From Fimbriosthenelais zetlandica (Eukaryota): DNA of 64,000 nucleotides. The stretch lies in the NCBI GenBank assembly GCA_977030845.1, contig OZ365112.1, positions 15,686,001 through 15,750,000 on the forward strand, in the 5' to 3' direction. Below, in pieces: positions 28,801-42,400 of this stretch. The position numbers and the translations under genes were made by a program. Positions within the stretch are counted from its first letter, which is position 1, and every line of letters starts with the position of its first letter. The notes under the pieces were generated by a model. The model saw only the letters and a program-made list of their open reading frames with translations, had not been told where the DNA came from and ran no database searches.

Positions 28801-31800
28801 ATTTTCATAATTGGCTTCTTATTTACCTGGATTCGTTACAGGTTATATTTGATATTCTAAAATTCTAGAAATATACAGCCAGGCAGGCAGGTAATGTCCA
28901 TCAAAAATGAGCCTCTGGGCGTTCTATCTAACATTTAACTCTGAAATAGGGGAGAAATGTCATAAAATCATTCGAAATCACGGACTCTCATCATTTTTGA
29001 GATTCACGAGATGTACCATTTTCAAATTAGACTAATTCATGAAGAATGAACATCGCATTTTCTCTGATGAGTTCACTTCTCCGAAGCCGCCTACTTGTTT
29101 TCGTCGATGAATATATAGGTTGACATAAATAGATCATAATAATTGTAACCAGATCTTTGAGTTGAACAAGTTTCGCCTTGAACGTCACATAGACATGAAA
29201 ACATCACGTGTTAAACTTACTAAACTTTCAGGTAGAACTGGCTCAATAGAATTTTCTTCTACTGGCGGATATGAACCCTTTATTCGTCTTGCTGGTAGGA
29301 TAAGTAGACATGCTGCAGTACATAATATATATTTTTTCTGCCTGTTGCAATCAATTTCTTGCTATCACCTCCAAAAGGTCGGACATAGTTTGAATGTAGA
29401 TGTAGAGAATCGCATGACAAGCTTATAAATCGTTCTGACATGTTCAGGTTTGGAAAGCATTTCATGTATGAGAGAGGATCTTGACGAGTAGGCATAAGAT
29501 ATATGACACCACTACAAATTAGAAATAATCTATAAAACTGACTGCTTTTCACCACATTATAACGTTAATTTCATTTCTCAAGTGAGAGTTGCCAGGGAGA
29601 ACATGCTCTGGAATAGTGCTTGGCCTTGTGGGAAGCCATTGGGAGAAGCCATTGCTCCCGTTGATTTGGCAGGCGCATATCAGGAATGTGAATATCACAG
29701 TTCAAGTTCAAGCATCTAACTTACAAATCATGATGTGATTCTTTACTCATACTGATATAGACAAGCTTCATTTTGCTGGTCCTGCCTCGGAGATAATGAT
29801 ATTATAGAGACCAGGGAGAGCTTGCTATTCACTTTTTTGGGCCTCCAGATATGATTCCAATCTCATACGTTGATGGTTTAATCATGATAATCTCCTTGGC
29901 TTCCACATTCTTCATCTCCCTCCCATCCATTCTCTACAGAGTCTGCTCAATACTGTGCTAAATCTGGCAGGACAAGAGATGTGTTTATTATCGTTTGTGA
30001 GAGACTGGCAGCAAGTCTACACCTCAGCTTGTCAGGTGTGGATATGTACCTGTCCACGCGCCAGGCTTTGGCATCTTCCTCTCTCCGTCTTCGACACGCC
30101 ACGTGAGAAAGAAAGACAAGCTCCAGTCTGATCCAGGCCGCAAATAAACAAGAGAGTAGCTCCCGCCTTGCCAAGCTTCGGACATGCCAATATACATGTC
30201 CACGGCTTTGTGCTGCTCCTGTTCCCCTCACTCTGGTCCTGCCTTTGTTGTAATAACGGCAGAAAAACGATACATAATCTACGGGTGTATATATAGAAAA
30301 GAACTTCTTTCCTTTGTTTCGATAATTGTTTATATAGCTATGTAGCTTCTAACAATTTGTTCAATTAGATGGGAATATTTTTTAGTATTACTTCGCCTTT
30401 GCTTTAAAAAACTTAACCCATGCAAATAGTAACACTCGATCATTTCCTGTGTTCCTTGTGTTCAGCATGGGGATTCCCACGTGCTTTTATCTCTCTTTTA
30501 GATCATCAATATACTCTATGTATCTACTTTATTGGCGTTCATAGCATCAATAGAGACCCAACCTATATTAATATTTGTATATCATCTGTGAATTATGACC
30601 CCTCTTCTAAGCCCATCATTGATTCGGTTTTGCCTTTTTTCCCCAACCTCACCTAATGGGGTTTATCCTATCACATAATGGAATCACTTCGTATATTGCT
30701 CTGTGGATATATATCGTGAGAACGGGGAAATAGGTCCACAGCAGTGTCGTAATGGCTGTATAAAATCTAGACGTTTATCGCGTGTGGTCCCAAATGATAT
30801 TCATAACCGACTAGCTGGCTCAGTAACAGAGAGGGTGACCTATGGTTTCACATGTGTGTCGAGGGGTTTAACCACTCCTAGGTTATGGCTAATATTGTGT
30901 TCTCTAAACATACCTAAGCCTGTTCCCCATGTGTCTGTCTGACCATAGGTTGGACTTGTTAAAGTTACTATTATATCCCAACATGTATTTAATTGGCAAC
31001 TTTTCCGCCTCTTTGGCTTCAGTGTCTTCTCAAGGGTATAAAAAATATGAGTGAGACCCATGGACATTAATTCTTGATGTCAGCTGATAACCTTTGAGGT
31101 CGGACGTTACAACCACAAAGGAAGTTCCCAGAAGTGTTTCCTGGAATGGAATGACACCACGGAAAAATCTCACACCGGCGTCCAGGTGTGAGAAAGAGAG
31201 AAGGGGGGAATCCTGCCCACCTGGAGGTGGTCCAGATCAGCTGACCTTGATGGATGGACACCCGAGGGGGGCGGTCTAGTGAACACTTTGAACTGACCTG
31301 TGTGAGGCATTCCCCTTACAATTCTCCACCTGTGAAATGGTCACAATTTATGTTGGTTTACCTTGGCTCTGGTCATATAAAAGATAGTGCAGACAAAACA
31401 GACAATACTTTCACTGAAAAGAGAATGAAAAATACATTCCCTGTTATGCATTGGATGAAAGGGATTCAGCTAAACTTCCTTGAAATAGAAATTCTGGTTT
31501 CTTCAAGTGTAGAAGAATGGAAATTGAAAAGAAGAGACTGCCAAGATGGATGCCACACTCGTGCCATCCTCGCACCAAATCCCCCAGCCTACAGCCTTTA
31601 CCCAGTCCCACACGAGGAGTCATTTTCAAATACCAAGGATTAATTTTCTATTTGCTGCAGGGACCGGCCCCTGCTCGGGTCTGGGAGCCTGAAGGTGTTG
31701 CCGGGGCACCGCCTCTGTAAAGGTTAATAGTTCCCAAGCGACCAGCGAAGAGAAAGTTAAGAGTTATTATTGAAGTGAGGACACAACTTGGACCCAGAAG

Positions 31801-32412
31801 GGCCTAGACCTTTATACACTTTCTTATCCTTTCTCCCCGAATACGCTCCCCAGATCCTGCTAAAAATCAGTCCAGGCCTGCCCTCCAGCGTAATTTTTAA
31901 TAATATGCCATGTTCTTGTTGCGCCTGCAGACTATCTATAGAGATCCCGTGGTGTGTAAATTAGCTGTGTAGTATACTCTACATTGTCCATGGACTGAAT
32001 GTTGTAGCGAACAATTGGGAACATATGAGATGAAAGAGGAAGCTGTATTGCTCTATTGATACTCCATTATGTTAGTGTAAACCTCCTGTGTCTGCCATAC
32101 ATTTAGTCTGACCAGCTGGAGGCAGTAGTTGTAAAGGTTTTTACTCTATTTTCCATTCATAACATATTAAATCCTTTCATCATCTCTTACTTCCTGATGA
32201 AAAGCTAGGATGAGGTCGTTTCGAATAGAAAAAAAACAGAGATACCATCTTACAGATGATGATGCTTACACTGAGAGCTTGTTGGAGTATTCTTTATGAG
32301 ATAGCAATCCTAAATTCACAGCTTTAAAGAAAATCTTTTTGATCAGATTTATATAGCATATTGGGGTTAAGAATGAGAAGCTCGATGATGGGGATTGAAC
32401 TGTTCTGTCTTT

Positions 32413-32446
32413 GTGTGTAGACTACTGCAGGGTGTGTAGACTACTG
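32413..32446. repeat. Tandem duplication: 15 nt exact, 19-nt period
   Basis: GTGTGTAGACTACTG at 32413 and 32432. Confidence 0.85.
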
Positions 32447-33498
32447 GAGAGAGCAGCTCGTTGGCCTCTCCCCAGGACGCTGGATATGCTCATTGGAAGA
32501 ATATGAGAATTGGTGATGAGTTTCAGGATGTTTCTATAGGCCCCAAAGTCCAGACCCCTCAACACGTACCATGCTGTTAGAAGGTAAAGCACCTCTCAGG
32601 TGTATAACCTTGTACTGTACTAATTTAAGTGTAACCAATACTGTAGAGGGGTAGCCCTTCTCAACTTGGTTGTATTGAGCTAAAAGAGGCAATTGAATTT
32701 AATTATGTCTGGCCAAGATTTCTTATAAAGGATTGTCAAAATAAATCATTCAAGTTCTTTTGAGAAAATACACCCATCAATGTCTGGTAATTGTTTGTAA
32801 ATACACTAGAAATGTGTTATTTTTGAAGGATAATGTGTTTAGTTTTTTGCTTTGCTTTAGAAAACATAACACTAGACCAGAATACAGGTGTACTTTATGA
32901 AAAGATTTTTCATGGTGGTCCATATATCTTTCATTAATGATGTATAAATCATAGAGTTTTATTCACTAGCACAGCAATATGCCTCTAATTCGACGCCACT
33001 TAAAAGTAAATTATTGAGTCATGCCACATTCATCATTGAGAGAAGCTGGTGAGTCCTGGCCCTCCAATATAGTCTCTGCACACCAGCTGAGGGAAATATT
33101 CTCAAATGTGGGATGCCTTAGGTATTATCGGGGTTTCTAGATTCACCCTTAGCGGGGTACTTACTCGTTTGAGTGAGGGGTGTATGTGCAGGAGGTTATG
33201 GCCCTCACAGTGTAAGAAATGCATATACAGCACATAACCTTCAGTACATACCTGACAACATGTGTCATGAAATATTTAAGAAATATTCAAACTCTGTTAC
33301 CAAAGACTCTATTCAATCGTATCATTTTACAAACTGATACCAAAGCTCCCCTTTTAATGTAATCTTGAAATAGAGAATAACATATAATAGAGGCAAAAGA
33401 AAAAGTTGATGAAAGGAACCCAGAAGGAATGAAGACACACCCATTTAGAAGTGTACCAGTTTACCTCAGACCTGAACCCTATGTTAGAAGGTTAATCA

Positions 33499-33530
33499 CA
33501 CACATGCATGCATTACAACATGCATGTGTG
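33499..33530. repeat. Perfect 12-bp inverted repeat with 8-nt spacer
   Basis: CACACATGCATG-cattacaa-CATGCATGTGTG. Confidence 0.85.
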
Positions 33531-36426
33531 CCATAATGACCTTCCCTCATATACCCCGAGGTTGATCTATTATCTGCCAAACAATAATAATTGAAAAAAA
33601 ACACTTCAGAAACAAGTCATTTCTGTGAATGTTGGATCTATGGACTTATGAAATGTCTTCGTGCTGAACACCTGGGCAGAGTGTGTGGCTGGATAAACCA
33701 TTTATCATCAGGTTGATTTGATGAAACCCAGGTGTTAAAGCACCTCAAGTCAAAGTTCAGTGTCCTAAGTTATGGGAAGTTAAAAAGTTGCCTTTAATTC
33801 AAATCAAATCTCTGAGATGGTTTCCCAGCGAGCGTAAACAAGTTCCCAACATTTAGCGGAGTTTTGGATTGATTTGCAGGAAGGGCCATGCCGGGCTGAA
33901 GCAACCGATATAATTCCCATATATTACACAAACACGTGCGTGCACGAAGGGAAATGGCACACCCTCACAAACCAATTATAAGCTATATTACCTCGTGCAG
34001 GATGGAATCTCATGGCTATCTTCTAAATGCAATAGAGACAGGTGGAACATACATTACTGCAAAGACATATAGTGCCAGAATAAGGAAATACATCTTGTAC
34101 AACAAGTGATCTATGGCACTTTTTCTCCAGAGGAGTCTTGTGTTGGTGAGGCTACCATGCTCGGAGAAACACTTGTCTGATTCAGAGAGTTAGTCAGCTA
34201 AAAACAAGACTTTTACATGGTTTTTGGCCAATGACAGTTTTCTTACTAATCCAAACATGAGTTTGACCTCATGAAAATGTGTTCTGGTCCCAGTAAGCTG
34301 TGGAGACTCGGGGTCATATGCAGAGTTTAGTGTCACAGAGTGGACTCTGGTTCAATATTGACTCTGAGATTACACTTCCAGGCCCTGACTAGCCCATGTG
34401 ATTGATGATAGATCTAAAGTGTTTACCTCTAAAATTTAAACAATTAAAGCCAGCGGAAGAGACAGCGTATCCAAATTTTCCTATGAAATCTAAGCTGGTC
34501 GCACACAGGCCTTGAGAATACAATCCCACTTCAACAGATGTGGTCTGGGAAAGAGAGACTGATATCAGGTCCAAGTCAAACAAAGAAGTGGAGATGACAC
34601 TAGTCGGTTTTTGTATCATCCTTCATTGTCTGTCAATTATGGTGGGCCTGTCCCAGGGGTTCTGTCAGGACACTCGTTTGAGACAGCTTCAGTGTGGCGG
34701 TTTGATATCAGGCTTTTAATGGATTAGGATCGGCAAAGTCTCTAAAGTAAAGCACCACACATGTTGGTGGATGACTTAACCACAGGGTCATATACACAAT
34801 GGTTGTTGGGTGAGCGGATTAATCTGTTTTGATCAGAGCTTTGTGAAATATTGACAAAGCCTTTGACTTCCATTAATAGGGACGACTGAGACTTTTTCCA
34901 AAAAGGTCATGACCTTCATCGGAAAAACTTCCTCGAACTTCATCAACGTAATAATTAATACATAAACGTTCAAGCCTGTCAGGCTTGACAACATTATAAA
35001 CTTTACCATTAAATGTTACCCGCAGCCATGTTGACTGGCATACCAATTTAATGGCCCTCTGTGGGGAGATGGGTGGGAAAACTGACTCTGAAAACTTAAT
35101 GATGTAGAGATGGTGGTATAAACAGTGGGGAAATAGGAACTGCCCATACTAATGGATCGTGAATTAAAGTTTGCCTTTGTAACGATCGGGTTCAGGTTAA
35201 CTTGTCCAGTTTAACCTTTCATTTATATGGGCATTGACATTTAAAACAAAAGATCAGTCAGAAATATTGCCCTTGAAATTTAAAGGTACATATACATGTA
35301 TACCTTTTGTCTTTTGTATAGGCCTCCTTTTTATCGAGAGCACCAAAATCGAAGTTAAGGCATTGCATTTACTTTATACATGTATGCTCTTATGCTTAAA
35401 CCAGTTGGAAAACATCAAAGTTCCAAGTGAATCTTATTCCAATATCAGAATCTTACACTTGAATTTCACCAGTGTTTTTGTACCCACTAACCTCAGCAAA
35501 CAATTGTAACAAAAAATAGTAACATAAGCTATTTGTTTTCACAACAAATTGCTTGGAGCCTATATACCCCTTCATCCTTCATCTCATAAGTCAAGAGTCA
35601 CAGGCCATAATACAACGAGGGACCAAAACATTGGCCCCTAGGCCATGATATATAGGGGCATACCTTAAAGACATGAAGGGAGAAGAAAGAGTAGCAATCT
35701 GCAACTCTATGTTATCATAAAGTAAATGTTCTGATAGTTGGTAAACACGAGCAAGTAGTGTTTGAGCAGAAAAACTAGGGTTAGGAAAACATGGAGTGTT
35801 GTTGTTGGTGTACGGGGGTCGTTGTAGCGTGAGTGGCTCGAGGGAGAGGCAGGAGTTGCTCCTTGTAGGAGGTCTGTGTCTCACCCCCTTCTCAAAACAA
35901 CTCTGCTGTAGGTTTATAAATCCCTTTTCAATCTAACTTATGTTTCTGACAGATGTAAATTAATTAGTAACCTAGAGTATACTGTCTTGGATTATTGGTA
36001 GTGTGTCGTCTATATGGGACTGTACATGGATTTCTCTGAGTGATATGGCATAAGAAAAGTGGAGGAATGAGAGGTCCCATGTTTAGATGGCAGAGTCAGG
36101 TGGGGTGAGGGCAACTGCAACTGAGGGTAGCAGACCTTTCATGACCTGGTGCAATCAATCTGGCCATTTTTAATTTCACATCTGGCGCTTGTGTCCTGAT
36201 AAATATCATTTGTCTTTGGTCTCTTTTTATAGACAATCTGAACGAAAAGTTCATACCCTATGTACTTTTTCCTACAAGGTAACATAATCATTAGTTCTAT
36301 GTCATCTAAATTTCGCTCATTATTTTGTGTGCAACATTCAATTTTACCTTCAAAGACACTCTTGTAAGTGAGGAGGGAACAGAATGTATATTATATATGT
36401 AGGGGATACAGGGGACTATCACTGGT

Positions 36427-36451
36427 GGGGGTTACGGGAGTGCTGGGAGGG
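36427..36451 (+). other. Canonical G-quadruplex motif
   Basis: GGGGG-ttac-GGG-agtgct-GGG-a-GGG. Confidence 0.5.
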
Positions 36452-39422
36452 TCAGAAGGAGAGGTCTGGGGTCAGTCAGACTAGCTAGGGAATGGCCATG
36501 TTTTGACGGTCGCCCCCAGCGAGGAATGGTCCGAAACATATGTCGACGGATTGTAACTGAGGGGAAAATGGCCGACCGGAAGCTCAACATCTGTCCCGCG
36601 GGGAAAGTTCTCCTACCCTCAAAATGAGTAACCTTTGATGGAGGCTTCGCTTTATCATTAGTTTTGATGACACATATGCATATGTCTTTGACGGTATCAT
36701 TGATGTTCAAAGGCAAGGAGGCTATGTCACTTATCCCTGTGTACAAGAATTTGAAACAGGTTTTGAGGTGCAACTAAGTTCTATGCAAATGAGTGACATC
36801 AACTGTTCTCATATATCATCTTGTATTTTTGTTAACAGATCGATGTTTTGAATACTATTTCTGAATGAAAAAGGTTCCTTAAACTGTAATGCTGTTTGTG
36901 GTACCTAGTACTATCACAATAGTAGATTTTGTGGGTGTAGATTATTTGTGAAGGTTTCTGAAGGCATTCATTCGAATACAGAAATTAGGCGCCCAACGGA
37001 ATAGTATAATTATATAGAAGATGTCATTTTATTATGAGTTATAGCATTATGACTTCATCTATATTAGCATACCTTTCTGTAATTAAAACAGGTCACAGAC
37101 CGAGCAGTCTCCCATATATACACCACTAATATCCCGCTTTATCTTTACCTTTTGATCTTCACCCCCCTCTTTAAACCAGAAGCACAAAAACATAACTCTG
37201 TTACAAGACATGCAAGTAAACAGTAGTGGTAAATGTACAAAACTGCCGATATCCTCCGCTGGAGCAATTGATGGAACTTTGATTAGGCTTTCCCAATGGT
37301 AACCTCTTAGACTGAACAACCAAACAACTCCAAAGATAACCTTAGTGCCCTACAGCTGTTTACGGGAAGAAGTACACCACTAAGCCTGCCTGGGCTGCAC
37401 TGTGTATTTGTCTTGATGATTCGGTGCTGGCCAATTAATGGGATCGGATAATACATTAGAGATAAGGGAAAGACGTTGGGTTGGGTCAGGATTGAACATA
37501 GAATGGACTAGAGTGGCTACATGCAGTACCGTGAAAGAGCAACATTAGGAAAACTTGGTACTTGGTTTCATGATGCAAGTGTACAATTAGATGAACATTA
37601 GATGAATCGGGGAAGGTTTAAAAGGTTACACCCTATATCAAAGAAGTTGTAATACCTGAAGTTGTGACCTCCCCATCACCAAACTTGAAGGGGTCCAAAT
37701 GGTGATAACTAGAGGCTAAACTGATCCACGATCTTCCTGGAGGGCTTACTAAACACATTCCCAAACACTAGACTGTCAGTTATGCCTCGGAGTACACATG
37801 TATGACATGATGGAATGCACTTTTTACTTAGCGGGGCAGTATCGGATATTCCTTTTCATAACACTGGTGTGTAAACTTGAAGCTATAACTGCTGAGTTTT
37901 ATCTAAGTGATGAAAATAAGCACCCCTATTGGAGAGGTGTGTTGGCTTTGTAATAGTCAGCCATCTTAGATGGGTTAGTAAGATAGGAATTCAGCTATAA
38001 ATTTACTCCTCCTAGGTTATCTATATGGTTTACATTTTTCCATAAGGAACGTATAGAGGGGGTACTGAATCAGATTAACTATTTTTTTTTCTGGAGTCAG
38101 GATTAATAACCAGGATTGGCGAGGAACACCTTGAGGGTAACACCTGTGTGTGGCGCATCTAGAGTTAGGTGAGAGTGAGGTGTAGAGCCCTGTAGGAGTT
38201 GTTATGAAAGGATTCTACGCCGGAGGTATTCCTGATATACATGTGGTTCCTCAAGTCGGCGTTTACCTAGTGGATATAATGTTAACGAGTCCATGTGAGA
38301 GCAGATGCTACTTACTGAGCTCCTCCTGAGCAGATGTGAGCTCATGTTCCTTTCCATCCTAGGTCATGAAAAGAGCTAAAAAAATGTATGTTTTTTTTCT
38401 TAAAAATGCTTTATCAATACTCATGCTTAACGTAAACATATAGACTAATTAGGTAAATGAGCTAAATGACTTATGAAAGCCATCAGATGGATTGTTCACC
38501 AAAGAATGTACTTTGATTTCAGTAAGCACAATTCCTGCTGAACTATATCCTGACCTGAACTGTTAAGAGCTGCTCAATCGAATCTAGGTCAGCAAGAGAT
38601 AGTTTAAAGGGTTGGGAAAAGAGCACGAGCCGACCTCTATGGGAAAGCAGCAGGGGACCTTGCTTAAAAGTGTCTACTTACCACAACTGGACATGAACCA
38701 TTATTCTCTATACATTATGCATATATCTGTATGTATGTGATAATGCTAGGCACTCATGTTATAGCTTCTCTTGGGAAAACGGGCTCGTAAAAACCTCCTC
38801 TCCCTCCCACTCCTCCCCTTCGGAGGCCTACATATAGTAAATATGAAAAGGGAAAGAGGGAGATAAATGTGTGGAGGCATTTAAGTATGAAGTGCATCTT
38901 TGCAATGGGTTACAGTCCATGCCTGTTGGTTGCTATAGAAGCTTTCAACATGCAGGCACGTATTCAGTGTTTGGAGGCCACTCTCTGGCCACCTTGTCAT
39001 ATCATAAATATCTCGATATGTCACATATTTCTCTCGATAATTGTTCTATGGATGTTGCCTCACCATTTCATGGCTGAAACTATGTTTTCTATCAAATAAG
39101 TATGTGCAAATTGCTGTGTATGAAGGTGCCAAGGTCGCCATAGAGAGACATTTATGGATTGGTAACAGATTCTGCGAAGCCCATATGGGTTTCCAATTGT
39201 TTTAGCGACACATGTTTGGAGGTGCATTAAGTCAATTATTTGAGCTCTTTACTGCATTTTAACACCTGCCCCTTCACTGTGTTTGCTCTCCTGGGTTAGA
39301 GGTATACAGAGCTGGCTAAGTCAATATCTTGACACGAATAAAATAGGCACAGTGCATTTACAATATATACCAAATTTGTTGTTGCCCTCATGACTTACAT
39401 TTAGGGACTTTTTTTAAATATA

Positions 39423-39457
39423 TTCATATTACATTTTTAATATTTTCATATTACATT
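39423..39457. repeat. Tandem duplication: 13 nt exact, 22-nt period
   Basis: TTCATATTACATT at 39423 and 39445. Confidence 0.75.
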
Positions 39458-42400
39458 GGCCCCTGCATTCAACCCAGTGTCTGTGAATATGTACTCGCGA
39501 TTATTTTTTCCTTGTCTCTTGTTGAGTGGAGGTCAATTACAAGTCAAGATTGAAATCATTAAGTCGATCGATACTCAGGAGTCACCTTGTCCAGATGATA
39601 ACTCCTATCAGTCAACAAGCCTCAAAAACCTGACAGTTTTTAGTGGAAGAAAACGAGCTGTACTTTATGACATGGACATTTTATAATGACCACAACCTAC
39701 ACTCCAACCATGTAGCAAATACCCCTTATCAGTATTCTATTTGCAAATGATAAAGCAGAACCAGGGTCCTTGGGAAGAAGCACCTATAAAAACGATACGT
39801 AATATTGTGTTTTTATCAGCCTTCGATAGTGATATGAATTATTATGCTCGCTAAGTGCAATTATTTTGGGAATGGACGCATGTAATATAGGTCGTCCACA
39901 TTCATTGTTTTTCGGTCTACAGATTTACATAATATACTAGTTTAATTATGGAATTTACATAAAATGTCCTTGGGAATTAACACACACGTGGAACTAATGC
40001 TGATAATGAGATTCTAAATGCGTCCATTGTTATATGCACTTTCTCACTGTTATAGTTGGTCAATTAATCTTCATGAAAAAGATATTTTATACCTCACACA
40101 GCGAGGTCAATTTTGCTGTTTTACAATAGATTAGATCTAGACACTTTGATAACACCGACTGATATTATGTTCCTAATGTTCTTTAAAGTACATTCAGACT
40201 TATGTGGAAGTTTGCATTCGTGTATGCATAGCTGAGACCATTGCAGGCTGTGCTGTAGGTTTCGTTTACACTATTCAATTCTATGGTAATTATTTTGGAT
40301 CCTAAACCAGTAGATGAGTCGGATCCCACTGTTTCGCTGACAGGATGGGCGATCGCGACATGCAGATCATGCAGGGAATTTAATAACATCAGTAGGGAGT
40401 CATGGCCACACTAACACCATGGCTCTGGGGCCACGCAGCAAGTCCAACATGTCCGATGCCAAATAACTCCCCACAGCAGAAAATTGCATTCCTGCCTTGT
40501 GAGTCAGGACAGCGCATTTAGCAGAAAGCTGGCCTTTTCATTATAAATATCATGGATCAAATCAGGGGATGAATTAAAAAGGTGGATGGACCCTACCACC
40601 CACACGCTGGGTCCTCTCTGATCGCTTACATAATAGGATGTTGGGGGTACTCGTAACCTGGCCTTGGTATAAAGAGAGGAATGAATTTCATATGGCAATA
40701 TACTGGGTGCACGCAGCTCCATATCAGGCCAAGTGGTAGTGAGTGTTTGGCAGATATGAATGATTTTATCCTGGATTGTTCCCCGTTTATTGCTTCACGT
40801 TTAGCTTTTATATGAAATGTTTTGCATTAAAAGTTCCTGACATGTGTCAAGTTAATGCACAACCCTTACATTCCAATTCCAAGCAACATACAAAGACAGT
40901 CACCACATGTATGTAATATGGTATTAGTTCATTATCTGTTGATTGTTAGATAACATATAGATGTCGTAACCAGGTGATCTAATTAACTCCTGATAAGGGG
41001 GAGCTTTGTGTATAATACAAGCAGGATAACACGGCTAGGTAACAAAACCAACTGATATTCATTATGTTATCTAATGGATCCAACATCATCTATGGCACAT
41101 CGGCCGAATGGTCAGTGTATGTATAATTATGGCCTTTGTGTGGACCTTCCCTGACCTCAAGTAGTGTAGGAAAATTGGTGTTTAGGGCTGGTCTCGGTTA
41201 GACTACCACCTGTAATGACCATTGGGATCCAATCATAGAATTTATCTTCAAGTTTAATAAAGAAAAAATGTGACTGTGTCCTACCAAGTCACGAAGTACA
41301 TCAGTTATGCCTGGATGACCTCTTTATATAGGATAGTGTTCTAATTTACAATCCTGAATGGAAAGAGTGGAGGGCGCACCCCAATGTCTCCAATGGTACA
41401 TGTAGCCTTAAAGTTACTATGATCTATGGGTGAAATGTATCGATCCTATACTGTTGGCTAATATCAACCATCAACATGAAAGGTAAAAATGCCTGTGGAT
41501 AAAACAGTGATGTACAGTTTACCCATCGGAGTATTACTGATAAATGTTGGACGAGATTGTGTTTGTTTACATGAAAACAGCATACAAAACAAAACACCAT
41601 GGTGGCATTCATAGCCCTAGATACTGTCCCACGCCAAATATGACATGAATATACCAGTAAATGCATCACTGTTCAATCAGGTTCAGTCTCACTTATCATT
41701 TGTATGATTCTAGATGGTTTTCATTGCTTATTTCTCAATGAAAATTGTCTCAATGTGCGGCAACATCGGATGGCCTGAAGCTCAAATGTAGGGATGTGTT
41801 CTGACCTAGATCTCGCGATTGTAACTAAAATCACATTTGTATGGTGATTCGTAGGACAAATCATAGTATATTCTTGACGAGATAGTTAAAATCTATACAA
41901 TGATCCTGAAAAACACATAAATTCACCCAAGACTTGTTTCATAGCAACTTTTTTTATTATTTATCTAATTTATTCTGGAGGTGCAGTGCAAAAATTGCAG
42001 TGCAGTGGAGGTCCAATGCAAGCACTGAGAAGCAAAGTAATAACATTTATGGAAAAAGTACAAAAGTAAAACAAAAAAACTTTAAGAAATCAGTTCTATT
42101 GAAATGCTTGATCCTATGAATTATGAGGCATAAAAACTTTAAAATGCATCATTGAAAAAAACATCTTAATTACCAACAGATGGGTACAGACTTGCCTGAG
42201 CATTTAGTCCCAGTACAAGAGCAAACTAGAACATCAGAGGCACAATTAGGAAAAATAAACAGCGAGGAGACTCCAAGCATGAAGCTAAAAAAGGTTGTTG
42301 TGGGTGGCCTTGCCAATTTGAAATGTCAGCTAGCGAGCTGGAATTGTCACCTCTATGCCATGTTAATTCTCCCATCCACCATTTGCATGTATCCCACTTG

